From NCBI GenBank assembly GCA_003707115.1, contig PPNB01000026.1, positions 1-58,577 of the forward strand: a stretch of DNA of 58,577 bases, read 5' to 3'. How positions within the stretch are numbered: the stretch's first letter is position 1; the number at the start of each line of letters is the position of its first letter. A program made the position numbers and the translations under genes. This DNA comes from Tortispora ganteri (Eukaryota). Positions 1-20,847 of this stretch are shown here, in pieces. The notes beneath the pieces were generated by a model. That model saw nothing but the letters and a program-made list of their open reading frames with translations, ran no database searches and had not been told where the DNA came from.

Positions 1-684
1 AAAAAAAAATTAGGTTATGGTAAGATAAATATTAGTAATAATATGATTAGTTATGTATTAAGAAATAAACAAGATATAGCTAAAGTATTATTGCCTATAT
101 TTGATAATTATCCTTTATTAACTAGTAAATCATATAATTATGAATTATTTAAAGATGCAACATTAATTTTAAATGATAACTCTTTAGATAAATTAATTAA
201 AAATAAATATTTAAATGAAATAAAGTCTAAAATCAATAATAAATCATTAATTACAAATTATTCTACTAGTTTAGATAAAGATTTTATTTTACAAAAATTT
301 AATATTTTAATATCTAAACCTTGATTATTAGGTTTTATAGAAGGTGATGGTTCATTTTATTTAACTCTAAAAGAGGATAAACGAATTGTACATGAATTTA
401 GTATAACTCAAAAATTAGATAAATACATTTTAGAATCTATTAAAAAAGTATTTCATATAAAAGCTAAAGTTAGATTTAAAATTTCAGGACATTATCAATT
501 AACTACTTCTAATTCTAGATCAATAGAAAATATAATAAATTATTGTGAAGGTCAATTTAAAGGTGTAAAATCATTAGAATGTAAAATATGAGCTAGATCT
601 TATAGAAAATATAAAGGAAATTATAACAAACTATTAAAAATACAATTATTATTACGTAAATTACGTACTAAATTTAAGGTATAG
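1..684 (+). CDS. double-motif LAGLIDADG homing endonuclease, 3' part (starts at 58353 across the origin)
   Basis: Second motif W(TGA)LLGFIEGDG; frame open to TAG at 682-684 when TGA=Trp. Confidence 0.9.
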
Positions 685-765
685 TCCAATCCCTTAAGTA
701 AAATTAAGGTATAACGATAGTTATATAATAAATTAATTATATAATGAGGTTAAAAATTTATTAAG
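1..765 (+). mobile_element. cox1 intron 3, group I, 3' part
   Basis: GGTATAGTCC core element near 680; terminal G765 before T-TAT-CCA-CCA. Confidence 0.9.
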
Positions 766-9452
<8,687 letters not shown>

Positions 9453-9508
9453 TTTATAGATATTAATTTATAAAATAATACTATATTATGTTAAGATTTT
9501 ACAATTTT

Positions 9509-9523
9509 TCACTTATTTTTAGT
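9509..9523 (+). promoter_or_regulatory. putative mRNA 3'-end motif TCACYTATTWTTAGT (first of 8 copies)
   Basis: Also at 12529, 22582, 23693, 33449, 34665, 54148(+) and 35747-35761(-), always just downstream of a stop codon on the coding strand. Confidence 0.8.
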
Positions 9524-9544
9524 AATCATAATTAATTTAAGGCC

Positions 9545-9601
9545 ATTGGCCGACCTTAATAACCTAATATTTGAATTTATAAACTGTTATTGGAGGCCAA
9601 T
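9545..9601 (+). repeat. small terminal-inverted-repeat element family D (ATTGGCCGAC...GGAGGCCAAT), about 10 copies
   Basis: Copies at about 9545, 16217, 47185, 48066, 48516 and 54184(+); 12967, 13344, 14083 and 34775(-). Confidence 0.85.
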
Positions 9602-10201
9602 ATATATTATATATTATATAATATTATAATTGATATATATTATATCTATCTAATTAAAAGAAATTTATTATAATATAACATAACATTATTACTTATTAAC
9701 AAAAGATAAATAAATATATATAAAGTAGGACTAAAAAATAAAGTCAGTGGCAATTATAGACGGCCTCCACGTTTCACAAAGACTTAATAGATAATATATC
9801 GGCCTGATTATTAAGATTATTAAATTATTTATTATATATAATATAAATATTATATAGATGATAAATTATATAACATAGGTCTAATATAAGTTATTATAAT
9901 AATTATTCTAATACTCGGCCTCTAATGGAAGGAAAATATTTTTATTAGATGGAATTTAAGGTCGGCCTCGAAATATAAAAATATAAATATATATATAAAT
10001 ATAGATATAAATATTAAATATAAATATAGATATAAATATATATATATATAAATAGCAGATATTAGATATCAGTCAAATATTAAATATAATATTGGAAAGA
10101 AAATTTCATAATTAAATAATTAATTATATATAGATAATAGATATTATAATCTAAAAGTAGTGTAATAAGTATAATTTATAAAAATAAAATAAAAAAAAAA
10201 T

Positions 10202-10474
10202 ATGAGTTTAAGTACAATATTATTTATAATAGGTATGATAGGTTTTGTATTAAACAAAAAGAATATCATATTACTATTAATATCAATTGAAATAATGTTA
10301 TTATCTGTAACATTATATATATTATTATTAAGTTCAAGTTATGAAGATATAACAGGTCAAATATTAGGTTTATATATAATAATATTAGCAGGAGCAGAAT
10401 CAGCTATAGGGTTATCTATAATTTTAGGATACTATAGATTAAGAGGTAATATAAATATTGATTCAACTGTTTAA
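10202..10474 (+). CDS. nad4L: NADH dehydrogenase subunit 4L
   Basis: 90 aa with ISIEIMLL and AGAESAIGL motifs; directly upstream of nad5. Confidence 0.97.
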   Translation: MSLSTILFIIGMIGFVLNKKNIILLLISIEIMLLSVTLYILLLSSSYEDITGQILGLYIIILAGAESAIGLSIILGYYRLRGNINIDSTV

Positions 10475-10477
10475 AAA

Positions 10478-12460
10478 ATGTCTATATATTTAACATTAAT
10501 ATTTTTACCAGGACTAAGTTGTTTAGTATCAGGTATGTTTGGTAAAGCTATGGGTATACAAGGAAGTAGATTAATTTCTACTGGATGTATAATTATAGCA
10601 GCTATATTATCTATATTTGCATTTATAGATGTAGCATATTTTGGTAATGAAGTATCAATAACATTAATAGAATGGATAAATATAGGAAGTTTACAAATCA
10701 ATTGGAGTTTTTATTTTGATGCATTAACTGTTAGTATGGTTGTACCTGTTTTAGTTATATCATCACTTGTACATCTTTATGCTACTGGTTATATGAGTCA
10801 TGATCCTCATCAACCTAGATTCTTTTCTTATTTATCTATGTTCACTTTCTTTATGATTATTTTAGTTACTGCTGATAATTATTTAGTTATGTTTGTAGGT
10901 TGGGAAATGATTGGTGTTGCATCATATTTATTAATTTCATTCTGGTATATGAAATTAGATGCTATTAGATCTGGTTTATCAGCTATATTAATGAATAGAT
11001 TTGGTGATACTTTCTTCATTTTAGGTATGTTTACATTAATTTGGACATATGGATCATTAAATTTTGGTACTATTTTCCCATTAGCTAGTTATACTAATGA
11101 AAATATTATAACTATTACATCTATATGTTTCATTTTAGCTGCTATGGCTAAAAGTGTACAATTAGGACTACATAATTGGTTACCTTTCTCAATGAATGGA
11201 CCTACTCCAGTTTCAAGTTTATTACATGCAGCTACTTTAGTTACTGCTGGTATTTATTTATTATTAAGATCTTCAGCTATTTTAGAATATAGTAGTACTG
11301 CTTTAATTATTATTTTATGGTTAGGAGCTTTAACTACATTCACTGGGGGATTAATGGCATTATTCTCTAATGATATTAAAAGAATTATTGCTTTTTCTAC
11401 TATGTCACAATTAGGTAATATGTTTATTGCTATGGGATTAAGTGCTTTTAATTTAGCTTTATTCCATCTATTTACTCATGCTTTCTTTAAAGCATTGTTA
11501 TTTATGAGTGCTGGATCTATTATTCATAGTGTTATTGCTGAATATCAAGATATTAGAAAATTTGGTGGGTTATTAAAATATTTACCTTTCACTTATACTT
11601 GTATATTAATTGCATCATTATCTTTAATGGCTGTTCCTGGATTAGCTGGATATTATAGTAAAGATATTATTATTGAATCAGCTTATGGAACTTTTGCGTG
11701 TTCAGGTTTAGTCGTTTATTGGTTAAGTACTTTATCTGCTATGTTTACTGGATTATATTCTATAAGATTATTATATTATACTTTCTTTGCTCAACCTTTA
11801 GCTAGTAAAAAAACTTATTTACATGTTCATGAACCTGATTTAAATATGGGAATACCTATGTTTATTTTAGCTATCGCTTCCATCTTTATAGGATACTTAA
11901 CTAAAGACTTCTTTATCGGATTAGGATCTAATACTGCTTTAGGTTATGTTTTATTTACTCATCCTGATCATTTAATATTACCTGATACAGAATTTGGTGC
12001 TACTACTTTAGTTAAAGTTATACCTTTAATTTTAAGTGTTGGAGGTTCTGCATTATTCTTAATATTATTAGAATTTAATAGTGAATATCTTTATAGATTA
12101 AAAACTAGTAAATTAGGAAGATCTATTCATAATCTATTTAGTAATAAATTATATTTAGATATTATTTATGGTAAATTTATTTATAGATCTGGATTAGATA
12201 TTGCTGGTATTTTAAATAAAGTTATTGATAAAGGTGCTTTATATCAATTTGGACCTCAAGGTTCTTATAATAGTCTATTCGCTATTAATAAACATATAGT
12301 TAATATGGATTCTGGAGCTATTCTTAATTATGCTCTATATATTCTTATTGGATTAATTACATTTATTGCTATATTATTTGTTAATGTTAATTATTTTGAC
12401 TCATTTGTTAATGTTTTAAATATTGTTATCATTTTAATATTAGGTAAAATACTTAAATAA
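10478..12460 (+). CDS. nad5: NADH dehydrogenase subunit 5
   Basis: HDPHQPRFF, GWE, NRFGD, PTPVSSLLHAAT and HAFFKALLF motifs. Confidence 0.98.
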   Translation: MSIYLTLIFLPGLSCLVSGMFGKAMGIQGSRLISTGCIIIAAILSIFAFIDVAYFGNEVSITLIEWINIGSLQINWSFYFDALTVSMVVPVLVISSLVHLYATGYMSHDPHQPRFFSYLSMFTFFMIILVTADNYLVMFVGWEMIGVASYLLISFWYMKLDAIRSGLSAILMNRFGDTFFILGMFTLIWTYGSLNFGTIFPLASYTNENIITITSICFILAAMAKSVQLGLHNWLPFSMNGPTPVSSLLHAATLVTAGIYLLLRSSAILEYSSTALIIILWLGALTTFTGGLMALFSNDIKRIIAFSTMSQLGNMFIAMGLSAFNLALFHLFTHAFFKALLFMSAGSIIHSVIAEYQDIRKFGGLLKYLPFTYTCILIASLSLMAVPGLAGYYSKDIIIESAYGTFACSGLVVYWLSTLSAMFTGLYSIRLLYYTFFAQPLASKKTYLHVHEPDLNMGIPMFILAIASIFIGYLTKDFFIGLGSNTALGYVLFTHPDHLILPDTEFGATTLVKVIPLILSVGGSALFLILLEFNSEYLYRLKTSKLGRSIHNLFSNKLYLDIIYGKFIYRSGLDIAGILNKVIDKGALYQFGPQGSYNSLFAINKHIVNMDSGAILNYALYILIGLITFIAILFVNVNYFDSFVNVLNIVIILILGKILK

Positions 12461-12647
12461 TATTAAGTTAAATTAATATTATTATAATATAGTTTAATTT
12501 TTGTTTTTTGACAATAAATATATAATTTTCACCTATTTTTAGTTAATTTTTATAAAACATAAATACTTTTGTTTTACTTTATTATTAGAATATTCGTAGA
12601 TCTATTTATTAATAAAATATATATATAAATATAATATATATAAATAA

Positions 12648-12732
12648 GCGATTGTGGCGAAATTGGTATACGCAATTAGTTTAGGTCTAATCAGAAAATT
12701 ATTCTTTAAGGGTTCAAGTCCCTTCAATCGTA
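12648..12732 (+). tRNA. trnL: tRNA-Leu(UAG)
   Basis: Cloverleaf; anticodon arm ATTAG-tttaggt-CTAAT; long variable arm. Confidence 0.9.
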
Positions 12733-12777
12733 ATTAACAATTTTATTTTTTAATATTTTTAATTAATTGTCATTTAA

Positions 12778-12850
12778 ACATCTTTAGCTTAATTGGTTAG
12801 AGCATTAATTTTCGGCATTAATTATATGGGTTCAAATCCTATAAGATGTA
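12778..12850 (+). tRNA. trnR: tRNA-Arg(UCG)
   Basis: Anticodon arm TTAAT-tttcggc-ATTAA. Confidence 0.9.
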
Positions 12851-13110
12851 ATATAATAATAATAATATATAAATAGAAATTAATTTTACTAAACAGAAAT
12901 ACTTTTTATAAAATAAAAAATAATATTTGAATAAGGTTATATTAAGAATAACTAAATAAGCCATATATTGGCCTCTACCCTATACATCTTCGATGATATA
13001 CTATAATATTTAATTATAAATATTAGGTTATTAAGGTCGGCCAATGACCAATGACCAATGAAATGACCAATAAAATAAAATAAATGATATATAAATAATA
13101 TATTATATAA

Positions 13111-13160
13111 TCCGGCCAAGGCGTAGAAATATCCCCGGACATTTGACTTTATACCTTAGC
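13111..13160 (-). repeat. small hairpin repeat family C (TGTCCGGG...GGCCGGA), about 9 copies
   Basis: Copies at about 13111 and 15116(-); 41543, 42960, 46545, 47381, 47495, 48327 and 48790(+). Confidence 0.85.
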
Positions 13161-13554
13161 TATAATATAATAGTTAATAAATGAGTAAAAGTAAGTCAAT
13201 CAATAAATATAAAATTAAATTAAATTAAGATATATAAAATATAACTTAAAATATAAAAATAAGTGAGTGTGTATAAATAAATTTAATATTACTGAATTAT
13301 GCAGGATTCATTATTAATTATTTAATACTTTAATAATAATAATATTGGCCTCCATTTATCGTTAATTAATTAATAATATAGGTATTTTAAGTCGGCCAAT
13401 TTAAGTTAAATTTATAATTGATAATTGATAACTGATTGTTTATAAATATTAATTAATTATAAAATTATTCTTGATTTTTTATAAAGACATATTTAGTTAA
13501 TTTTTATTTAACTATTACTAATTAATATATATATAATAAAAATATTAAGTAAAC

Positions 13555-13815
13555 TAAAAAAAAAGTGTAAAAAAGTATAAAAAAAGTATGAAAAATGATA
13601 AAATTTAACGTATTTTGTATAATTTGGTCTATATTACCGATAATCTTTGTAAATTAAGGATATTTTTTATATTTATTAAAGAGATAAAATATACCTTAAA
13701 TAGGGTTATAACACCGATAATCTTTAGCGATATTCGTATTTTCATAAAATTCGTACTTTTTGTAAGGCTACCCCCTTAGGAAATTTAAGGTTTTTAGAAT
13801 TATGGCTATACACCC
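13555..13815 (-). repeat. modular element family A, copy 1 of 7
   Basis: Invariant CTAAGGGGGTAGCCTTACAAAAAGT; other cores at about 14488(-), 26583(-), 41211, 42632, 44068 and 45382(+). Confidence 0.9.
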
Positions 13816-15439
13816 TATTATATATTCAAATATTTAGAGTAAAATTATGCTAATTTTTGATAGTTTTTGGACTTTAATTTACTCATTTGTTAAGAAATAA
13901 TTAATAATATTTAAATTATTATTTAATTAAATTTATTATAAAATATCTCATTAATAAATAAATAGTTATTAATATATATATTAAATATAATATAAGATTA
14001 TAGAATTTATAAAAATATATATTATATACTAATGACAATTGACAATAACAATTGGTATTTAAATTTGACAAGTAATAGTAATATTGGCCTCCACTTAAAG
14101 TGTATAATTATAACTATGAGGTATTAAAGGTCGGCCAATGTAAATTTTAATCTAATCTAATCTAATCTTAAATCAACTTTAACATTTAATTAATTTAATT
14201 TTATGTAAAAGTTAAGATTATATATATATTATAGATATTATATTAAAAATATATTTATATAATAAAACACTGAATTAATAAATAAAATTATAAAAAAGTA
14301 GAAAATTAGACAAAAAAAGTAGAAAAAATGACAAAAAACATACATATTTAGCTAAATTAGTCTATATCACCTATTATCTTTGTAAATAAATGATATTTTA
14401 TATAATAATAATAAATCAATTTAAGAGATAAAATTAGGCTATAATACCTATTATCTTTTGATATTATTGACATTTGATAAAAATCGTACTTTTTGTAAGG
14501 CTACCCCCTTAGAGATTTTTTACTTTTTAGTTATTGGCTTTTATTACCTATTATCTTTACATATTTTTAGCTAAATTTTATTCGTATTTTTAATAAATTA
14601 TTTACTATTTTTAACATTATTTTATTACTATAATTTTTAAATATAAATTAAGTTATACATATTTTATAGTTGGAATAATGATTTAGAATTTATATATATT
14701 CAAATTTATAGGATTATAATATATTAAAGTATTTAAATGTATAATATTAGCTTTATTTTTAAGATTTACTACTATATCGCTAATATTATAGGTAAATCTT
14801 AAAAATATATTGTTATAAAGTTACTTAGAAACGTTATTATAGTTATAGTAATAATATTGTATAACTTTGTAAATATATATATGTTATAGATTAATATTAT
14901 TAGGTTATATTATTTAACTTAATTATAATTATAAATATTATTTAGAGAATATAAATTGAATTCAATTATTAAAATTATTTAGAGATAGATATTAATAAGT
15001 ATATAATATTAAATATAAGATATTATATTACATAATAGATATTAGATAATAGATTTTAGATATTTCATAATAATATATTAAATAAAATAACATATATTAT
15101 ATAATCATTATATAATCCGGCCAAGGCGTATAAATATTCCCGGACATAAGACTTTATACCTTAGCTTATATAGTTAATTATAATTTAGTTATTTGTTAAA
15201 ATAGATTTTATTTAGATATTAATTTAAATAGATAGATAAATTTAATTTTAATAATAATTTGGATAGATATTTATAATTATATAATTAGATAATTTATATT
15301 ATTAATCATTAATCATTAATAATTGAACAATTATGTTATTAATAAATTTTATTGAGATATATATATTATTATAGAATTATTGAAATTATAGTATAAAAAC
15401 ATTAGAAATATATAATAATTAAGTAATAATTGACAATAA

Positions 15440-15886
15440 TTGTGTAAAAAAGTGTCAAAAATTGCACAAAATATACACATTTTTTTAAGCAATATTTAAA
15501 ATGTGGCTTCTAAGCCTAATATCTTTGTATAAAGATACTCACTAATAATAATCTTTGGTTTCAATTGCTCCCCAATACTACTTATACAATTCAATTTTAA
15601 TTTTAAAATTCTATATAATTTAATCATATAAAAGAGTTATAAAATTCTAGTAAATTAGTTAATTAATGCATTTATATACCTTATATTACCTATAATCTTT
15701 TATTTTAGTGTAATTATACTCTATTTTTTATATATTAAATAATAGTTGAAAAGTTTGACTAGATTTGAAAAAGTTTAAAAAAGTTCTAAAAGTAACGAAA
15801 ATGGGATTTTTTGGAACCTAAAAAAAGGTCTATTATACCTATAATCTACCCTAAACCTCTATTTTACCCCTGGAATTTTGAAAATT
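15440..15886 (-). repeat. modular element family B, copy 1 of 7
   Basis: Invariant TTTTCAAAATTCCAGGGGTAAAAT, TTTTCGTTACTTTT and TGTATAAG(TAG)TATTGGGGAGCAATT; other copies at about 16658-17103(-), 25670-26131(-), 41761, 43292, 44493 and 45869(+). Confidence 0.9.
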
Positions 15887-17375
15887 CTTAACCCGTTATT
15901 TAGTGGTTTTTTGACAATTATTATTATCATTAGTTTATTTTAATTTTTATTAAGCTCATTTAACTTATATTAATAATCATTAATTAATTAATTTTTATTA
16001 ATTATCAGAAAATTTCTTTAATTAGTAAATAATAAATATAATATAATTAAAGTTTTTTCGATAATAAAATTGAAATTGAATTTAAATAGGAATAAATAAA
16101 ATTTGGATAAATATATATAAATGTAATTTATAGGTTTTAATTTGTGATTTATAATTTATAATTTATAATTTGTAATTTATTATATATAATATCTAGTATT
16201 AAGTATTAGTGTATATTTGGCCGACCTTAAAAACCTTATTATAAACTATAATTTATATTAGTCTTGCTAATGAATGGAGGCCAATTATATTTATAAATAT
16301 ACTTTTTATATAGATCTTTAATTCAATGTAATAAGTTAAATATAAATAATTAAGTTATAATATTAATTTATAAATATATTTACTTAGAATTAAATATTAT
16401 CTAGAATATTTAAATAATATTTGTTTTAAATATATTATATTTAGAATAATCATCATTAAGTTTCAGATTAATTTTAAGATATTAATAATAAAATATTTAG
16501 ATTAAGATATAAAATTAGATAGAAATTATATTTATATAATAATTAGGATAAATATTTATTTATTAAATAATTTATCTATAAAATAAACAAATATAGTTAT
16601 AATTTTGTATAATATAAATAAATATGATAAAAATTATGTAATAATTATATAAAATAATGTAAAAAAGTGCAAAAAAAGTGTAAAAAATGACATAAAAAAA
16701 ATTAGGAAAATTAAAAATGAGGGTCTGGGACCGAATATCTTTGTATAAAGATACTCACTAATAATAATCTTTTGTTTTAATTGCTCCCCAATACTACTTA
16801 TACAGTTCTATTTTAATTTCATTTTTCTACCTTATTTAATATTATTATTTAGTTATAAAATTATATTAAATTAGTTAATTTATATATTATAATATATTGT
16901 ATTACCTATAATCTTTTATTATATATATATTCTATGACATTTCTAACTTAATATTTGATTCTAAAATTAAAGAGGGTATTTTAAAAAAGTTTAAAAAAGT
17001 TCTAAAAGTAACGAAAACGCGATTTTTCCACTAGCTAAAAAGGGCTTTCTAGACCTATAATCCACCCTAAACCTCTATTTTACCCCTGGAATTTTGAAAA
17101 TTCCTTGTCGCTTTTTTTTATACTTTTTGTTATAAAATTAATTAAAGATAAATTTCTTTTACTTCTGTAGACTTTATCTTTATAATTTAGTTGGATTATT
17201 GTAATATACTTTTAGATAAATTCGTAATTAATTAATTCTATATATATTAAAAAATAAATTATATATCTATTTAAATTTAGTAATAATTAATAAATAAATT
17301 TATAAGTAGTTTAAGAGATGTTTTGAGTAACACAAAAAAAAAATAAGAATTAAAAAAAAAAACAAAAAAAAAATT

Positions 17376-20300
17376 ATGGGATTAATATTTAATACATATA
17401 GAAATGATGTACCTCGACCATGGGGTATGTATTTCCAAGACAGTGCATCACCAGTCGAAGAAGGAATTATCGAGTTACATGACACAATAATGTTTTATTT
17501 AATAATAATATTAGTTGGAGTAACTTGGGGATTAGCATCAATAATCAAGAATTACAATGAATTTACACATCCAATGAGTTTAAAATATTTAACACATGGA
17601 ACAACATTAGAAATAATTTGGACAATTATACCAGGTTTAATATTATTAGTTATAGCATTTCCTTCATTTGCATTATTATATTTATGTGATGAAGTAATAG
17701 ATCCAGCTATGACAGTTAAGGTAATTGCCTCACAATGATATTGAAGTGCGTCGTCTAATGATATATACCGTTGTAAGACCTATAATCTTACCAATTTTTT
17801 GATCATAAATTGTAAAGCATTAAACTTATCCGATTCTGAAAAGATAGGGGAGTGTAGCATGTTTAAAAAGGATTTATATTTAAGTATTTCCGAGCTATTG
17901 TTGCTATGGTTTGACATTAAATATGTGGTGAGTTATACACTACTCTATTTTAGTGAAAATATTAATAATTATGTTAATATATATATAGCTAATATTCAAT
18001 ATTATATTTATAAAGTCAGTGTAAATATAAGATCAATATTGAAGCCTTATCATAATCTATGAGACAAGATATTTAAACCTAAGGCAATGACAATATATAA
18101 AGGTATATATCAGAATTCGAGATCACCTAAGGAAAGTAATTTCTATTATATGGCTAGAACATATAAATATATAAATAAACATTTTATATATGGTGACGGA
18201 GGTTTCGTAGTAGTTAATAGATTAAATAATAATTTAATTAATATTAGCAAAGGGAACCAGTTAAGGTCATTTCATAATTCTTCAGTTGGGTTTAATAAAA
18301 TTAATAATAAAATTATTAATAATAAAAATATTAATACTATACCGTCACAATTAATGAAAAAGTCTAATAATAATGTTAAAAATGTAGAAATAAAATGCAA
18401 TTATAAACAAATGTTTGATTTAAAATTTTGGATGGTCTGTTATAATTTCTTGAAATTAAATAAATTAGATCCATCTATAACTATTGAAGATATGGATCAT
18501 AAAGTAATAACTAAATTAGATAAGATCATAAATAGTATAAGAGATCGAACTTTCCAATTTAAATCTATAAATAATTTAAAGATATCAAAGAAAAAATCTA
18601 AATCTAAATCTAAATCTAAATCTCTTACTGTATCTAATTTTTGGGATAAATTAATATTGCAAGGTTATAGATTTATATTAGAATCTAAATATGAAAATGT
18701 ATTTGTTAATGAATCTCATGGATTTAGACCTTATAAATCACCTCAATCCGCTATTTTTCAAGTTAGAAAATGAACTGGTATAACTTGGATGATTAAAGGT
18801 AATTTACCTAATTTAATGAATAATATAGATCCTCATTTATTAGCTGAATTATTACGTAAAGAGATAAACGATAAAAATTTAATAGATGTATATTGGAAAA
18901 TCGTAAAATCTCGTTCTTTACTAAACGATTGTACTATGAATAACCTAAATATTCCACAAAATAATATTATATCCTCCTTTTTAGTAAATGTATATTTACA
19001 TGAATTTGATAAATTTATGTTAGAATTAATCGATAAATATTCAACTAAAGATAAAAGGATATCTTTTCCAAATCCTGAATATGATAGAATTGATCAGAAG
19101 ATTCGTAGAGATCATAAGAAATTAAAAAATATGCTTAGTAAAGCTAATGTAAAATTATCTAGAAAATTAAAAGATACTCATATTGATATTTATAATTTTT
19201 GGAAAGAATTAAATAAACTTATACAAGTACGTAGATCCTTAAATTCAAGTATTAGAACTAAAAATAAACTATATTATAACAGATATGGTAATACTTGGGT
19301 AGTTGGAATTATAGGTTCTTATGAATTTAGTAAATGTATTAAAAATCATATGGAGCAATATTTGATTAATCAACTTAAGATAAAATTATCAGATAATGAT
19401 AATAATATTAATATTTATCATTTAAGTAAAGATAATGTAGAATATTTAGGTTATATAATAAAAAGACATAATCAAAGATATAGTAATTCTAATATAGTTA
19501 ATGGACGAAGAGCGATAAATATGAGTGTAATTTTAGAAGTACCTATAATGTCTATAATTAATAAATTAATATCTTTCAATTTTGCTTTTAATAAAGAAAA
19601 ACCTAGAGCTTTAACTACATGAATATGGTTAAAGCCTCAGGATATCATAAAAAGATATAATGCAATAATTGGAGGTATATATCATTATTATAAATTTACT
19701 TCTAATATTTATAAATTTACTTATATATTTTGAATTTTATGGTTTTCAGCCGTTTTTACTTTAGCTCGTAAATGGCGAATAAGTCCAAGAAAAGTATTTA
19801 AAAAATTAGGTAAAGAATTAACTATTAAAGATGATAAAGGTGATATAATAATAAAATTATTTAAACCTGAAAATTTAAAAAGAAATTTAACAATAAAATA
19901 TAATAATAAAAATTATTATTATGATAATTTTGATCCTTTTGCTGTTAGATATTATAGTTTAAGATCTAATTTTATATGAAATAAAACTTGTGTGATTTGT
20001 AAAAGTAATGAAAATATTGTTATGCATCATATTAATCATGTTAGAAAAGGGAAAGTAATAGGATTTAATCAAATACGTAATCAATTAAAAAGAAATCAAA
20101 TACCCGTTTGTAAAAATTGTCATTTAAAAATACATAATGGTACATATGATGGTATTAAATTATCAAAATATGTTAATCATGGCTAGTACCTTAATGGAGA
20201 GCTCAATGCAGTGAAAGTTGCACGTTGAGTTCGGAGGGAGGTTAATTAGGTTCCTAGTTTAATTTATTATAGAAGAATATATTTTAATTAATATAATTTA

Positions 20301-20719
20301 TATTTTTATAAATTAAAAGGATTTGTTAATCCACCCTACCTTATGAATATTCAGATTTTATCACTGAAGATGGTGAATCTATTAATTTTGATTCATACAT
20401 CATTCCAGTTGATATGTTAGAACCAGGACAATTACGAATGTTAGATGTGGATAATAGATTAATTATTCCTGTTGATACTCATGTTAGATTTATTGTTACT
20501 TCTGGTGATGTTATTCATGATTTTGCATGTCCAGCTTTAGGATTAAAAATTGATGCTAACCCAGGGAGATTAAACCAAGTTTCAACTATTGCACAAAGAA
20601 CTGGAGTATTCTATGGAGGTTGTAGTGAATTATGTGGAGTTAAACATGATTCTATGCCTATTGCTATAGAAGCTGTTTCTCTTGAAAACTTCCTAGAATG
20701 GTTAGATGAACAAAGTTAA
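17376..20719 (+). CDS. cox2: cytochrome c oxidase subunit 2 (exons 17376-17745, 20340-20719)
   Basis: FQDSASP, LEIIWT, QW(TGA)YW(TGA)/TYEYSDF across the splice, CSELCG CuA motif. Confidence 0.97.
17746..20186 (+). CDS. degenerate group II intron RT-like protein, probable maturase, in frame with exon 1
   Basis: SHGFRP retained, YADD replaced by YGNT, HNH-like C-terminus; frame open when TGA=Trp. Confidence 0.85.
17746..20339 (+). mobile_element. cox2 group II intron
   Basis: 5' GTGCG; domain V GAGAGCTCAATGCAGTGAAAGTTGCACGTTGAGTTC; ends ...CCCTAC. Confidence 0.93.
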
Positions 20720-20847
20720 ATAAATATAAAATAATATATAAATAAAATATTATATCTTAATTATTAATTAATTAGATATAAATAATAAATTATATATATA
20801 TTATAAAATATAAAAATAAATTATGTAAAAATAATAAATAAAATAAA

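Noticed and set aside
10478..12460. Translational bypassing (byp) inserts in coding genes
   Set aside because: Core genes are colinear and in frame after splicing; I saw no GC-rich hairpin inserts in exons.
13252..13266. Ninth copy of the 3' motif on the minus strand
   Set aside because: It lacks the terminal GT and has no upstream gene; likely chance or a relic.
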